Origin: an uncultured virus (IMG/VR IMGVR_UViG_2061766007_000483)
Taxonomy: Duplodnaviria > Heunggongvirae > Uroviricota > Caudoviricetes
Strand: one strand, 5' to 3'
IMG/VR virus record: IMGVR_UViG_2061766007_000483
Length of the DNA stretch: 64,000 bases
Below, piece by piece: positions 31,766-42,108 of this stretch (the stretch's first letter is position 1; the number at the start of each line of letters is the position of its first letter). The translations under genes were made by a program, and so were the position numbers. The notes beneath the pieces are model-generated. The model was not told the origin of the DNA. It was given only the letters and a program-made list of their open reading frames with translations, and did no database searches.

Positions 31766-31829
31766 CATTTTGCCGATATATCATTGATGCCGATACATCA
31801 TTGATATATCTGCGGTTGCCAGGTCGGGT

Positions 31830-32846
31830 TTATTTTTCACTCCATTCGGGGTGTTCTTCAATCATTGCCAATGCTTCGTAGATGTCAATGACCTCATATA
31901 CATTAAGGTTTTCGGCGTCATATTTCGGATTTTCATCAGTGTCAAGGGTGAATGACTTGCCGTTCAGTTTCACGCTTGAAACGCTGCTTGACACATACCC
32001 ATAGTCATTGTTGCTTACCGATACCATAATGGGGTCAATGTATCCGTCATATTCAAATTCTCCGATGTTGATTTCCCCGTTGTGACGTTTGAGAATTTCA
32101 ACGATGTTGGCGGTGAGTTTTTCACGCAACATACCCGCTTGTTTATTAAATGCCGCGATTTCGTTTTCAATTCTTTGGTCTCCGAACTCTTCATTCACAA
32201 GATTCTCATTCATATAACGTGGTGATTTTCTGAAAAACGCTTTTTGTTCTTCGGGGGTCATCACAATCGGGTTTTCGTATCCTCTGCTTTGTATCTCATC
32301 CAAGATTTCCGCATATTCATCGGGTGTGGCGGGAACTGTGTTCATCTTAATCACATTCAGGTCACAGTCGCTGTGCTGACCGATTATGTCATAGCACATC
32401 ACGAAATTTCTCGGTTTATAATCACCTGTCGGGTCGCTTAACAAATCAGGAAACACGGCGGTCACAACACCCTTGAATTTTGCGGGTTTCATAATCTTTC
32501 TGAACATCACCCTGTCATTCACGATACTCTCATTTATAGGTTTATCGGGATTGAAGAAAAACTCTTTGTTGTCCTCATAGTAGTCCCTGTCACCATAGTA
32601 ATCACAAACCTCATCTTTCAATGTTTCTGAAAACAGGGTATCAACTTCAAGTTTCAGTGCCGCTTCGTATGCGTCGTTGAATGACCTGTATTCTTTCGGA
32701 CGGATATTTGAAAAACTTTCAATCGGTCTGTCACTGATGTAAACTTCGTGATAACCTTTGTAAAGGTAGCATTTTTTTAATTCATTGCTGCTAACCCCAA
32801 TTTCACTGGGTGAATTAAACTCGTCAATTTTTTTGATGTGAGCCAT
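31830..32846 (-). CDS. late hypothetical protein, HIKKIDE-type N-terminus
   Basis: MAHIKKIDEF; internal INE, MNE, VNE sites between apparent modules. Confidence 0.7.
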   Translation of the reverse strand: MAHIKKIDEFNSPSEIGVSSNELKKCYLYKGYHEVYISDRPIESFSNIRPKEYRSFNDAYEAALKLEVDTLFSETLKDEVCDYYGDRDYYEDNKEFFFNPDKPINESIVNDRVMFRKIMKPAKFKGVVTAVFPDLLSDPTGDYKPRNFVMCYDIIGQHSDCDLNVIKMNTVPATPDEYAEILDEIQSRGYENPIVMTPEEQKAFFRKSPRYMNENLVNEEFGDQRIENEIAAFNKQAGMLREKLTANIVEILKRHNGEINIGEFEYDGYIDPIMVSVSNNDYGYVSSSVSSVKLNGKSFTLDTDENPKYDAENLNVYEVIDIYEALAMIEEHPEWSEK

Positions 32847-32850
32847 AGTT

Positions 32851-33081
32851 TCAATTTATATTTTCTATATTTATAAGAGTCATTTCAAGACTAAATGGAT
32901 AATTCCGTATAAATCTCTTTATCGCAGGTCTTGACGCAACGGGATAGAACCAATAACCGCCATATTCAAACGGTTGCAAATCTTCGTTGAAATCATATAT
33001 TGAGGGATGGTTGGCGTTCATATACTGCTTGACACCAAGTTGGGTGTTTTGCGCCATCTCATCAATTTTCAATATCTTCAT
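32851..33081 (-). CDS. short late-type ORF, possibly truncated
   Basis: MKILKIDEM; 3' end runs into the promoter of the next gene. Confidence 0.5.
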   Translation of the reverse strand: MKILKIDEMAQNTQLGVKQYMNANHPSIYDFNEDLQPFEYGGYWFYPVASRPAIKRFIRNYPFSLEMTLINIENIN

Positions 33082-33103
33082 ATCTTTGTCTTATATTTTT
33101 CTG

Positions 33104-34516
33104 TTACAAATTCACGGGGTCGGTCACAAGGTAACTTGTGGTCGGGTCTATTGAGACCATATTGCCAATCTGACCGATGAAGGAATTGCCCATAAACACA
33201 TTGTTCTTGTCGCCATCAACGCTCTTGACCTTGAAGATGACGTTCTTGTAGGTCACCTCGTTGAACTCAACCTTCGTCTGCACGAGATAACTCCTTGTCA
33301 TATTGTCGTTCTCAATCATCGTTCCGATGACGGGTTTTGTCACCATCACGTTCCCGATTGCGAACGTCACCTTGTTGTTGCGCTCGTCGTATGCGGCAGT
33401 CCTTGTCTCAATGACACTGATGTCGTTGTTGGTGTCAAACCTCACGTCAGTCACGAAGTCGCCCTCATCAAACTTTATGGTCGCTGATTCGGCGGCACCG
33501 ATGATGGTGGCGTTGTTGTTGATGTACTTGAACTTCTTGAGGAAGTCAAAGATGTAGTCAATCGGAGGGACGTCCGAAACGGAGGTGATGCCTTTGACAC
33601 CAGGTGAGGCGTTGACCTCAATGATGTAGTTGTCACCCGTGTTCTTGTCGGCAATCATATCCACACCGCACCATTTGCACTTCACCGCTGCGGCGGTCTT
33701 GATGGCGAGTTCCTTTTGGTCGTCGCTCAACGTGAAACTCTCAATGGTTCCGCCGAGACTGAAATTCGTCCTGAAATCCCCGTCAATCTTGTTGCGGCGC
33801 ATAACACCGATAATCTCATAGTTCTCTGGGTTGTTGCTCAACCTTCCGTAGGACTTGTTGAAAACGTGGATACGGAGGTCATAATCCGACTCAATCTTGT
33901 TCTGCAAAAGGATTTCCGCGTTCGGGACAAGTTTGAACATCGTTTCAAGTGTTGATTTCAGACTCATATAGGAGTCAATGATGAACACACCGATACCTTT
34001 CTTGCCGTCAAGGATTTTGCACACGACAGGGAAGTTTCCGCCAACCCTGTCAACCTTCTTATGCAAACGGTCAATGTCGTCCGCAGTCACGACGGTTGTG
34101 AGGGGGGTCGGGATGTTCTCCGCCGAAAGCACTTTGTAGGTGGTGTACTTGTTCTCGCAGTTCTCATAACTTTCAAGGGTGTTGAGGACGAAGAAACCGC
34201 GATACTCAAACTCCTTCAAAAAGTTCTTCGTGCGTGAGTTCTTCAAGATGGTGAGTCTTGGCAGGACGATGGTGTTGTCAATGTTCACCTCAAACTCATT
34301 GTCAATGCAGACCACCTTGAAATTCTTGTCGTTAATCTTTTCAAGAACCGCCGTTTCGGGGTCGGCGTACAGGAACTTGATTCCAGTCTCCTTGCATTTT
34401 TCCTTCAACATTTTGCAGAAGGTGGAGTTGGTGATGGAACTCAAATATAACAACTGAACCCCGTTCACCTTCTTTGACTCCGTTATCAACTGATATTGCT
34501 GTGTAAATGATTTCAT
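33104..34516 (-). CDS. RimK-family ATP-grasp ligase with C-terminal RimK-associated protease-like domain
   Basis: NKYTTY..IPTPLT, FPVVCKILDGKKGIGV, YDLRIHV, FRTNFSLGG, CGVDMI, IEVNASPG; C-terminal IIGAAE..RFDTNN. Confidence 0.85.
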   Translation of the reverse strand: MKSFTQQYQLITESKKVNGVQLLYLSSITNSTFCKMLKEKCKETGIKFLYADPETAVLEKINDKNFKVVCIDNEFEVNIDNTIVLPRLTILKNSRTKNFLKEFEYRGFFVLNTLESYENCENKYTTYKVLSAENIPTPLTTVVTADDIDRLHKKVDRVGGNFPVVCKILDGKKGIGVFIIDSYMSLKSTLETMFKLVPNAEILLQNKIESDYDLRIHVFNKSYGRLSNNPENYEIIGVMRRNKIDGDFRTNFSLGGTIESFTLSDDQKELAIKTAAAVKCKWCGVDMIADKNTGDNYIIEVNASPGVKGITSVSDVPPIDYIFDFLKKFKYINNNATIIGAAESATIKFDEGDFVTDVRFDTNNDISVIETRTAAYDERNNKVTFAIGNVMVTKPVIGTMIENDNMTRSYLVQTKVEFNEVTYKNVIFKVKSVDGDKNNVFMGNSFIGQIGNMVSIDPTTSYLVTDPVNL

Positions 34517-34591
34517 TGTTCTTCAATTTGATTTGTTATATTTATACGAGTTCTGACAAGGCATATAAATAATGGGAAGATATTTTCTGCT

Positions 34592-34789
34592 ATGGACAAC
34601 AGACTTGAACGGATAAGACTTTACAAGGGGAACGTGATGGACTTTGACTCCTACATAAAGGACAGGGTTGAACAGACCAAGAAGGAGAACTCCGTCACCG
34701 ACAAGAAAAGAAAGGACAGGTTGAAAAAGAAACTTGACAAGATGAACGAGTCTGACGCAAGATACATCAATGATATATCAGACAAATAA
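34592..34789 (+). CDS. small late hypothetical protein
   Basis: 65-aa ORF after TATAAATA at 34564, followed by a hairpin terminator near 34806-34837. Confidence 0.5.
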   Translation: MDNRLERIRLYKGNVMDFDSYIKDRVEQTKKENSVTDKKRKDRLKKKLDKMNESDARYINDISDK

Positions 34790-34867
34790 GTGACATAATG
34801 ATAATAAAAAAAACCGCCTGAAAAGACGGTTTTTTTTATTCTTGTGAAACAAATGTTATTATTACTA

Positions 34868-35287
34868 TTAAAGAAGTTCACTTGTTTTCATTGACATATT
34901 TTCAAAGAAATGCTCATTCATAAAATCTATGAAATCATCATATATGATTTTTTGTGTTTCTGCATCAAGTTCATTCCATTCCATTTCAGTTGGTATTTCT
35001 ATGTCATTATGGTTGAATAGTACATATAAATCAATAGAATTGTTTTTGTTGTTATATGTTACAATATCGTAATCATCACAGTTGAATTTTTTCTCAATGT
35101 AATCGTTATTCAAACCATCTATTGCAATTTTGTTGTTGTATCCGCTTAAACAAGTTTCAAAAAAATACATTATTGTAATAATTCTTTCAGGAAGTTCAGA
35201 TATTGAAACTTTTGCGTGTTTTCTATGCCAATTAGTTATATATTGACTACTATTTAGCATCTCATCAATTCTCATTATGTGTGCCAT
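34868..35287 (-). CDS. late hypothetical protein, HIMRIDE-type N-terminus, AT-rich
   Basis: MAHIMRIDEMLN; TATAAATA at 35309. Confidence 0.6.
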   Translation of the reverse strand: MAHIMRIDEMLNSSQYITNWHRKHAKVSISELPERIITIMYFFETCLSGYNNKIAIDGLNNDYIEKKFNCDDYDIVTYNNKNNSIDLYVLFNHNDIEIPTEMEWNELDAETQKIIYDDFIDFMNEHFFENMSMKTSELL

Positions 35288-35323
35288 ATTCAAATGTATA
35301 TTTTTCTTTATTTATACGGAAAA

Positions 35324-35352
35324 AAGAAACCCGCCTGAAAAGGCGGGTTTCT
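35324..35352 (-). terminator. intrinsic terminator
   Basis: agaaacccgcct-gaaa-aggcgggtttct with adjacent A tract on the + strand. Confidence 0.8.
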
Positions 35353-35371
35353 CATTTTGTCTTTGTGTGGT

Positions 35372-35830
35372 CTAATCAACCTCCATTTGGTTTTCGGGTT
35401 CGTCGTCATCGTCATCGGCGACTCTCTCCTTCATAATGCTCTCGTGCATATTCTCAATTTTTTCAAGTTTCTTTTCAAAGTCACGGGGAGGTTGTCTTTT
35501 CGCGCATCCGTTCACCACACATCTTGACCATTCAAGGTCGTTTATCACGAGTCTCTGCTGTGACTCAACTTCAACCGCGAGATAGAGTTTGCCTTGAAGG
35601 TCGGCAATCTTTTGGCGGCATCCGTTCAGTTCTTCCTTTGCTTCATTGTAGAGGCGTATCCATTCGTCGCTTGCTGTCTTTTGGTTCTCCAAGTCCTTTG
35701 CGATGACCGCCTTTTCCGCCGCCTCCGCCTCTGCCGCTTTGAGGCGCTTGTTTTGTTTATGGAAAAGAACGCCACCCGTTCCGACGATTAACGCGAGTAA
35801 ACTTGAAAATGCGATTATAACTTCAGTCAT
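35372..35830 (-). CDS. single-pass membrane protein with coiled coil (possible lysis-associated protein)
   Basis: N-terminal hydrophobic helix, coiled coil, C....C..R.PP. Confidence 0.5.
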   Translation of the reverse strand: MTEVIIAFSSLLALIVGTGGVLFHKQNKRLKAAEAEAAEKAVIAKDLENQKTASDEWIRLYNEAKEELNGCRQKIADLQGKLYLAVEVESQQRLVINDLEWSRCVVNGCAKRQPPRDFEKKLEKIENMHESIMKERVADDDDDEPENQMEVD

Positions 35831-35874
35831 TTCCTGTGGGTATATTCTTCAAATACAGGAAATGTTTGCTTGGA

Positions 35875-38034
35875 TTAGTACCCAAGCAAACCTTTCTTTG
35901 TACGTCCGAGAACGCTGCTGATATGGTCGTCCTGTTTGTTCTTGTCTTCCGACCACATCCTTGCGGAATCGGTGTCAACACGTTCTACAACGAGGGTCTT
36001 GTCGCGGAGGTCGCGGGTTGACCAGAAGTATTCAATCTCGTTGGTTGTGTTGATTTTGTAGAATTTTGACTCGTTCAGGATTTCCTGCTTTCTCCTGTCA
36101 GAAAGTGCGTTCCATCTGTCACGATAGATTTCAGGCATATTCTCAACGAGGTCAAGTCCCTTCTTTGACTCATAGACGCTCTTCCAAACGATGTTCGCCT
36201 GTTCCTCGTTTCTGACGTGTGCTGCGTTCATCGCTTCGGTGATGATTGCCTTCGTGTTGTTGTCAAGTGAGTTGAACTCATTCTTGCGACCTTCGGAGAG
36301 GAAGTTCAGGAAGTTGTCAGGTTTCACCTGTTCGCTGTGCTTGTTAAGGAGAGCGTCAAGTTTTTCGGTGATTGCTGACTTATAATCGTCATTGGATTTG
36401 ATACCGCTGCGAATTTGCGCTGCCATCTTGCGGGATTCCGTCACAGATTTGTTTGCCGCGAATGTGTTGCTGCTTTCGTTGATTGCCGCAACCTTGTTCT
36501 CGTTCACAACTTTCACATTGTTGTGCATATTGTTATGCTGCATACCTTCAACAATGCGGTCAGTCCTGTCAAAGTTTTCACCGAGTTTCTCTGCGAGATA
36601 ATCGTTGTGAGCGTAGTTCTCGTTGAGTTTCTCTGCGAGATAGTCGTTATGAGCGTAGTTGCGTTCAAGTTGCTCGGCAAGATAGTCGCTGTGGTCGGCG
36701 GTCTTTTGGAGTTGTTCGGCAAGATAGTCGCTGTGGTCGGCGGTCTTTTGGAGTTGTTCACCGAGATACTCACTGTAATTCATACCCCTCTCCAAGTTCT
36801 CTGCGAGATAGTCAGCATATTTTGCAGTCGTCATAACCTTTTCTGCAACATACTCTGAATATGCGATGCCCTTTTCAAGTTGCTCCGCAAGATAGTCGCT
36901 GTGGTCAGCGGTCTTTTGGAGTTCCTCTGCGAGATAGTCGCTGTGGTCAGCGGTTCTTTGCACCTGCTCGGCGAGGTAGTCGCTGTGGTCGGCAATCTTC
37001 TGCATCTGTTCTGCGAGATAGTCATTGTGACTGATGTTGCCGTCAAGTTTCTCGGCAAGGTACTCACTGTAATTGACACCGTTTTCAATCTGCTCTGCAA
37101 GATAGTCGCTATGGTTGCCCACCTTCTCAATCTGCTCTGCAAGATAGTCATTGTGACGGTTGCTCTTTTCAAGTTGTTCGGCAAGATAGTCGCTATGGTC
37201 GCTCACCTTTTGGAGTTGCTCTGCAAGATAGTTCACATAATCACCGATTTGCTTGTTTTCTGCAACAACTTTCGGGTTCGGCATCTCAATTTTCTGAATC
37301 TTGCTTTCATTCAATGAAATTGTGTTCTTCAGTTCGTTGATGCTCTTTTTGACATTCTCAATGACGCCTGCAATGTATTCGGTGTATTTTTGGAAGTCCT
37401 CTACATTAAGCGTTTTGGATTCGTTGGTGTTCATATTTTTTACTTTATTATTATCATTATTTATATCATCGTCGGAAACGTAGTCACATTCATAGATGTA
37501 AACATTGTCCATATTTCCAAAACCGTATGCCTCGTTCACACGTTTGAGTTCTGCGTTCTCAAATCCAGGGTCGGCAACAAGGTCATAGGTGAACAGTTTT
37601 TCAAGCGTCACCTTTCCCGTTTGTGGGTTAATCTGACCTGCGGCGCGGGATGAGATGTGCAACGGAATACCGTCACGCACAAGTGCCTGTGCCTGCTTTC
37701 CTGCGTCAGTGTTCAAAAGTCGGATTTTTCCGATAACCCTGTCGTTCTGTTCGTCATATTCCAATTTCTCAATGACGTGGGAGGCGTTCTTCAACGACAC
37801 GTCAAAATTGACGGGGTGGTCAAGTTCGCCAAGAAGGGTGTGACCTTCAATCTTCGGGAGCAGTTCGTTCATCTTCGGGATGAAGTCGCTCGCCTCATAG
37901 ATACGCCCGTTGCGGTTTCTCACCTTGAACTCCGTGAAAATGCCTTCAAGATAGATGACATCGGAATTGCCGCCAGACATTTTGAGGTCGCTCATCGCCT
38001 GCTCAACAATCAATAATGTTTTTTTCGGTTTCAT
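35875..38034 (-). CDS. prohead core protease (T4 gp21-like) fused to scaffold-like repeat region
   Basis: YLEGIF..NRNGRIY..LGELDHP..SHVI..ISSRAAG..TYDLVADPGF; then 16 repeats of 14 aa; probable start MKPKK at 38034. Confidence 0.88.
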   Translation of the reverse strand: MKPKKTLLIVEQAMSDLKMSGGNSDVIYLEGIFTEFKVRNRNGRIYEASDFIPKMNELLPKIEGHTLLGELDHPVNFDVSLKNASHVIEKLEYDEQNDRVIGKIRLLNTDAGKQAQALVRDGIPLHISSRAAGQINPQTGKVTLEKLFTYDLVADPGFENAELKRVNEAYGFGNMDNVYIYECDYVSDDDINNDNNKVKNMNTNESKTLNVEDFQKYTEYIAGVIENVKKSINELKNTISLNESKIQKIEMPNPKVVAENKQIGDYVNYLAEQLQKVSDHSDYLAEQLEKSNRHNDYLAEQIEKVGNHSDYLAEQIENGVNYSEYLAEKLDGNISHNDYLAEQMQKIADHSDYLAEQVQRTADHSDYLAEELQKTADHSDYLAEQLEKGIAYSEYVAEKVMTTAKYADYLAENLERGMNYSEYLGEQLQKTADHSDYLAEQLQKTADHSDYLAEQLERNYAHNDYLAEKLNENYAHNDYLAEKLGENFDRTDRIVEGMQHNNMHNNVKVVNENKVAAINESSNTFAANKSVTESRKMAAQIRSGIKSNDDYKSAITEKLDALLNKHSEQVKPDNFLNFLSEGRKNEFNSLDNNTKAIITEAMNAAHVRNEEQANIVWKSVYESKKGLDLVENMPEIYRDRWNALSDRRKQEILNESKFYKINTTNEIEYFWSTRDLRDKTLVVERVDTDSARMWSEDKNKQDDHISSVLGRTKKGLLGY
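36583..37255 (-). repeat. 42-nt / 14-aa coding tandem repeat (QKTADHSDYLAEQL consensus), 16 units
   Basis: read directly from protein and DNA (gcaagatagtcgctgtggtc recurring). Confidence 0.9.
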
Positions 38035-38173
38035 ATTTCGCGCAAAATATTTTTCTTTTTCTTCAAACTGCCGNNNNNNNNNNTCAAAGAGTCGTTTGCT
38101 GAATATGTATGCTTTCATTGTATGTTGAATTTTTTCATCAGGTATTCCCTCTTTTGCTCATACGGAAGTGTAT

Positions 38174-38830
38174 TTATCTCTTATGCCATCCTATGCTGAA
38201 AAGTTTTCCTCCGCGCACGGTGTCGCTCGGCAGGTATTCAACACTCCCGTTCACCTTCCATACGCAATAGTTGAATGTCAGTTGGTCTCTGTGTGTCTTT
38301 CTCGCGAGCATTTGAGTTCCCCATTCCTCACAGATGTTCCTGACGTTTTGTGTGTTCTTGCGGTACATAAGACCCGTTTCTGCAAGTCCTAAATTGTGCG
38401 GGTAGCACTCGCTTTCAAGTTTGTTCCTTATCTCATCCACATTCTCCTTTGTGTCCTTGCTGATTTTTACAACGGCATCACATTCTTCATAAATGCACTT
38501 CCTGTTTGGATGTCTGACCGTATGGAAGTCGGAGGTGCAGTATTGTTTAGTGAAATCGTTGAGGTCGCATTTTATTGTGATGTTGCCGTCAAGGTAGATG
38601 CACTCCTCATATTCGGGTAGATAGATGTGCGGACATATCTTCAACATTCTTTGTTTCTTCACATCGCTCAATCCTGTCAGGACGCTCGGTATAGGCATTG
38701 ATTCCCATATCGGGGATTTTATCGGGGTGTTCGTGAAACAGATGTACCGCCATCCTTCCGAAACGATTAAAGGTTCCTTGATTGAGTCATAATTGCCCGT
38801 TATCACGGTGTAACAGATTTTCTGTGGCAT
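38174..38830 (-). CDS. DUF616-like glycosyltransferase
   Basis: YTVITGNYD, KICPH.YLPEY..IYLDGN, HPNRKCIYEE, RDQLTFNY. Confidence 0.8.
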   Translation of the reverse strand: MPQKICYTVITGNYDSIKEPLIVSEGWRYICFTNTPIKSPIWESMPIPSVLTGLSDVKKQRMLKICPHIYLPEYEECIYLDGNITIKCDLNDFTKQYCTSDFHTVRHPNRKCIYEECDAVVKISKDTKENVDEIRNKLESECYPHNLGLAETGLMYRKNTQNVRNICEEWGTQMLARKTHRDQLTFNYCVWKVNGSVEYLPSDTVRGGKLFSIGWHKR

Positions 38831-38858
38831 TGGATGAAATGGTTAGAGTTGTTTTAGT

Positions 38859-39680
38859 TTATAGTTTTATCATATCACCGAACATCCTGTCAATCTTCGG
38901 GTCTGTCCATTTGATGAACCCTGTTGCTGGTGTGAATGTGAGTTCACCGAGATAGACAATACCATCAACTTCATAGAAATCAACCCTGACAAAATGGAAA
39001 TCCTCTGAAAGTTTCTTTGCATATTCTTTCATCAATTCAAAATGTTCTGGTTTTTTGTCAAGTTTGGATGGGTTACTCCTAACATCAGTTCTTGACATAT
39101 TTACAAAGTTGAAATTCATATCATAATAGTTCAAATGAAAATCTGATGTGTGGCGTCCGTTCAAAACTTGCACATAAGTCGGGTTTCCTTCAAAACAGAG
39201 AAATTTGTAATCGGTGACTTCCAACTGACCGACATTCTCAATAAAAGTTTCAGCATAGCATCTTCTCTCAATTTTCAAATAATGTGGTTCTATTGAATAC
39301 TCTCCGAATGGTGTATTCAACCATTGCTGTAATTTAGATTGACACTCCGTTTGGTTCAATTTTGATTTGTCACGACAAATAATGTTAAATGCGTAACCGT
39401 GATTACACTTGAGAACAAATTTATTAGGAAGTTCGGAAAAATCAACGTCATTTGGATTGTTATAAACTTTTATGATAGGAACACAAATATCCTTTCCGAG
39501 TTTCTCAGCCGAATAGTCGTGTACTTTTATCTTGTCGGCACATTTTGCACGAAGTTCAATATTATCGTTGATTTGCAACCACGCTATTTTTTCGCACCAA
39601 GTTTTAGGATTGTCAATATTGAAATTTTCAAATCCACGATTTTGTGCTTTTTGTTGTAATTTTTGTTTAGTATTATTCAT
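38859..39680 (-). CDS. TupA-like ATP-grasp protein
   Basis: NPKTWCEKI.WL, ADKIKV, LPNKFVLKCNHG, DYKFLCFEG, FVRVDFY, GELTFTP. Confidence 0.85.
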   Translation of the reverse strand: MNNTKQKLQQKAQNRGFENFNIDNPKTWCEKIAWLQINDNIELRAKCADKIKVHDYSAEKLGKDICVPIIKVYNNPNDVDFSELPNKFVLKCNHGYAFNIICRDKSKLNQTECQSKLQQWLNTPFGEYSIEPHYLKIERRCYAETFIENVGQLEVTDYKFLCFEGNPTYVQVLNGRHTSDFHLNYYDMNFNFVNMSRTDVRSNPSKLDKKPEHFELMKEYAKKLSEDFHFVRVDFYEVDGIVYLGELTFTPATGFIKWTDPKIDRMFGDMIKL

Positions 39681-39687
39681 AATGTGT

Positions 39688-42108
39688 TTATCTAAAATTT
39701 GGGTATATTTTATTAAATTTATCTGAAATGTTAAATTTTTTAACTAATAACCTAACGATATTCTCCATATAATTGATATTATCTCTTACTATTTTTTTAT
39801 TTTCTTGCCAAACACCAACATCTTGTGTTCCATCTATTGTTGTAAACCATTTATTTTTTCTATCATTTACTTCAAAAACACTTATGTTATTTTTTAATAA
39901 AATGACGTGAATATAACTACTGTCACATTTTTTTGCAATTTCATTACGAATATCAATGTTATTGAAGTAGTCATCTAATGGAAACATCGTTGGTGGAAAA
40001 CAACAAATACCACCAAGAAAACTATTTTTAACAGATGGGTTTTCTGTAACAGTCATATTCATTCGTTTTTCATTATATTCATATCTACATCCTGTATAAC
40101 ATATTACATTTTGCGGATGGTTTACTGCTGCATTAAACATATCCATTATGTAGTTATTGTCATATAATATATCATCATCTATAATAAAAACATAATCGTA
40201 AAAATGTTCTTTGAAAATTTCGTGTCTTTTGTGACAATATGTGTTTTCTTTAACCCATTTAATTACCAAATACTTTTCATCAATAAATTTTTGTAAGCAA
40301 TATGGTATATTTTCACCATTATATTCATCACTTGATAAGTAACAATAAATTTTATCAGGTTTCAATGTTTGTTTTTTGAAGTGTTCAAGCATTTTTGCAG
40401 CGGATTCTTGTCGTTTTAACCAAGTGGTAAATGAAACAATGATTTTAGGTATATTATTGTATATTTCTGTAAAATTTGTTATTTCGCATTCTATTATAGA
40501 ATTTTGTCTGGATTTTTTTTCAACAAAATCATTTAATTCGTTTCTTAATTTTGAACCCATTTCATATCCATTTGTATTCATCAATGAATTATTATGAGTA
40601 CGTCTATTGTAATATATGTTACGCAATTCTAAATAATGAATTTTGTTACATATCCTATAAATAAAATCATAATCAGCACTAATTTTCCAATTCCTATAAC
40701 CGCCAAAATGATTAAACACTTTATTTTTTACAAGATGTGAACCATTTGCTAATCCACCATTTCCTTGTCTTATGCCAAAATTATGATATTGGTAGCGAAC
40801 CAAGTCTATATTTTTCAAATCATTGGCAAAAATCTTTGCAACCATATCATTCGGCATAGTGTCATCACTGTCAAATCTCAACAGCCATTCGTATCTCGCC
40901 TCTTTCATAATGGTGTTGCAGGTGACATAAGTGCCGACATTCTTGTCCATCATCATCACCTTGATGTTCTTGTACTTGTGCATAATTTCCTTCACCTTCG
41001 CAAGCGTCTCCTCACAACCGTCTATGCCCAACAATATCTCATAATTGTCGTGGTCTTTGAACCAAGTCTGTGCGGCAACGGAATCCAAGCATTCCTCTAT
41101 GTATTCGGCGGTTTTCCACGCCGATATGCACACGCTGACCCCAAAGGGATACACTTTATCATCTTTTGGATTATATGCCGAATTTGGGGCGATTTTGGCG
41201 CTTTCCGTGACAGGTTTGACGGGTCGGGTATTGGCGCCAGGGCAGAATGCCATTGCACCAATGGTTTCATTCGTGTTTGCCGATTTCTTTATCATTGTTG
41301 TTGATGCCTTTGCGTTTTTCAGTTCGTTCATCAGTTGCCTGTAATACCTGACTTTCTCATCAGTCCTTTTGTTGTACTTGAAATAGAAGTCCATTGACAA
41401 CCTTGTCTTGCTTGAACCCTCACACCTTCTTGCCCACTTTATCCTCACATATTCCTCCAAAGACTTTGTGACATAGTGCTTGACGTGCGCAAGTTCATCG
41501 TGTATGCTTGAGTCCTTCGTACTTGTCGTGTAGGGTGCGGGTTTGCCGTCAGGATAGAAGATATATGCCACATTGGTTGAGTAATGCACGTTCACGATTC
41601 GCAGCGTTCCGAGATTGGTTCTGTACATCTGCTTCGTGTGATAGTTCACCTCCACATTTGAACAGGGTTGTGTGAACCTCTCCATAACGGGTCTGTCCTC
41701 GTAATGGAGTTGGTCGTTGTCAGAATAGCACTTCCAATGGAAGCGTATCACGTTCGCCTTCCTCACCCAATTCTGCGCGAGAAAGACCTTTATGTTGTCA
41801 TAGTCCCTGAACCAAAGGAACTCGTCAATGTCAATGAACAGAACCCAAGTGTAGTTCTTCGCGTTCTTGTAACAGTGGTTGTATGCCTCCACCTGCGTCT
41901 CACAGGACTTCTGCTTCTTTCCCCTGAAATCAACGATGTCCACACGCATATCATTGGAGAGGACGTCGGATATTCGCTCCCCTCCCGTGTCATTGTTGTC
42001 ATATATTGTGATATGGTCAAATCCGAGATTGAGGTGGTAGTCCACCCACTCCCTTATGTACTTGTTCTCCTGTTTCGCGATTGCACAAAGTAGGACTTTA
42101 TCTGTCAT
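39688..42108 (-). CDS. multi-domain GT-A glycosyltransferase (three domains)
   Basis: domain 1 AIAKQE..IYDNND..FIDIDEF; domain 2 VSVCISAW..YIEECLDS..RFDSDD; domain 3 IIVSFTT..IIDDDILY. Confidence 0.85.
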   Translation of the reverse strand: MTDKVLLCAIAKQENKYIREWVDYHLNLGFDHITIYDNNDTGGERISDVLSNDMRVDIVDFRGKKQKSCETQVEAYNHCYKNAKNYTWVLFIDIDEFLWFRDYDNIKVFLAQNWVRKANVIRFHWKCYSDNDQLHYEDRPVMERFTQPCSNVEVNYHTKQMYRTNLGTLRIVNVHYSTNVAYIFYPDGKPAPYTTSTKDSSIHDELAHVKHYVTKSLEEYVRIKWARRCEGSSKTRLSMDFYFKYNKRTDEKVRYYRQLMNELKNAKASTTMIKKSANTNETIGAMAFCPGANTRPVKPVTESAKIAPNSAYNPKDDKVYPFGVSVCISAWKTAEYIEECLDSVAAQTWFKDHDNYEILLGIDGCEETLAKVKEIMHKYKNIKVMMMDKNVGTYVTCNTIMKEARYEWLLRFDSDDTMPNDMVAKIFANDLKNIDLVRYQYHNFGIRQGNGGLANGSHLVKNKVFNHFGGYRNWKISADYDFIYRICNKIHYLELRNIYYNRRTHNNSLMNTNGYEMGSKLRNELNDFVEKKSRQNSIIECEITNFTEIYNNIPKIIVSFTTWLKRQESAAKMLEHFKKQTLKPDKIYCYLSSDEYNGENIPYCLQKFIDEKYLVIKWVKENTYCHKRHEIFKEHFYDYVFIIDDDILYDNNYIMDMFNAAVNHPQNVICYTGCRYEYNEKRMNMTVTENPSVKNSFLGGICCFPPTMFPLDDYFNNIDIRNEIAKKCDSSYIHVILLKNNISVFEVNDRKNKWFTTIDGTQDVGVWQENKKIVRDNINYMENIVRLLVKKFNISDKFNKIYPNFR

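Noticed and set aside
36583..37255. Second CRISPR array
   Set aside because: 42-nt in-frame coding repeat with no unique spacers.
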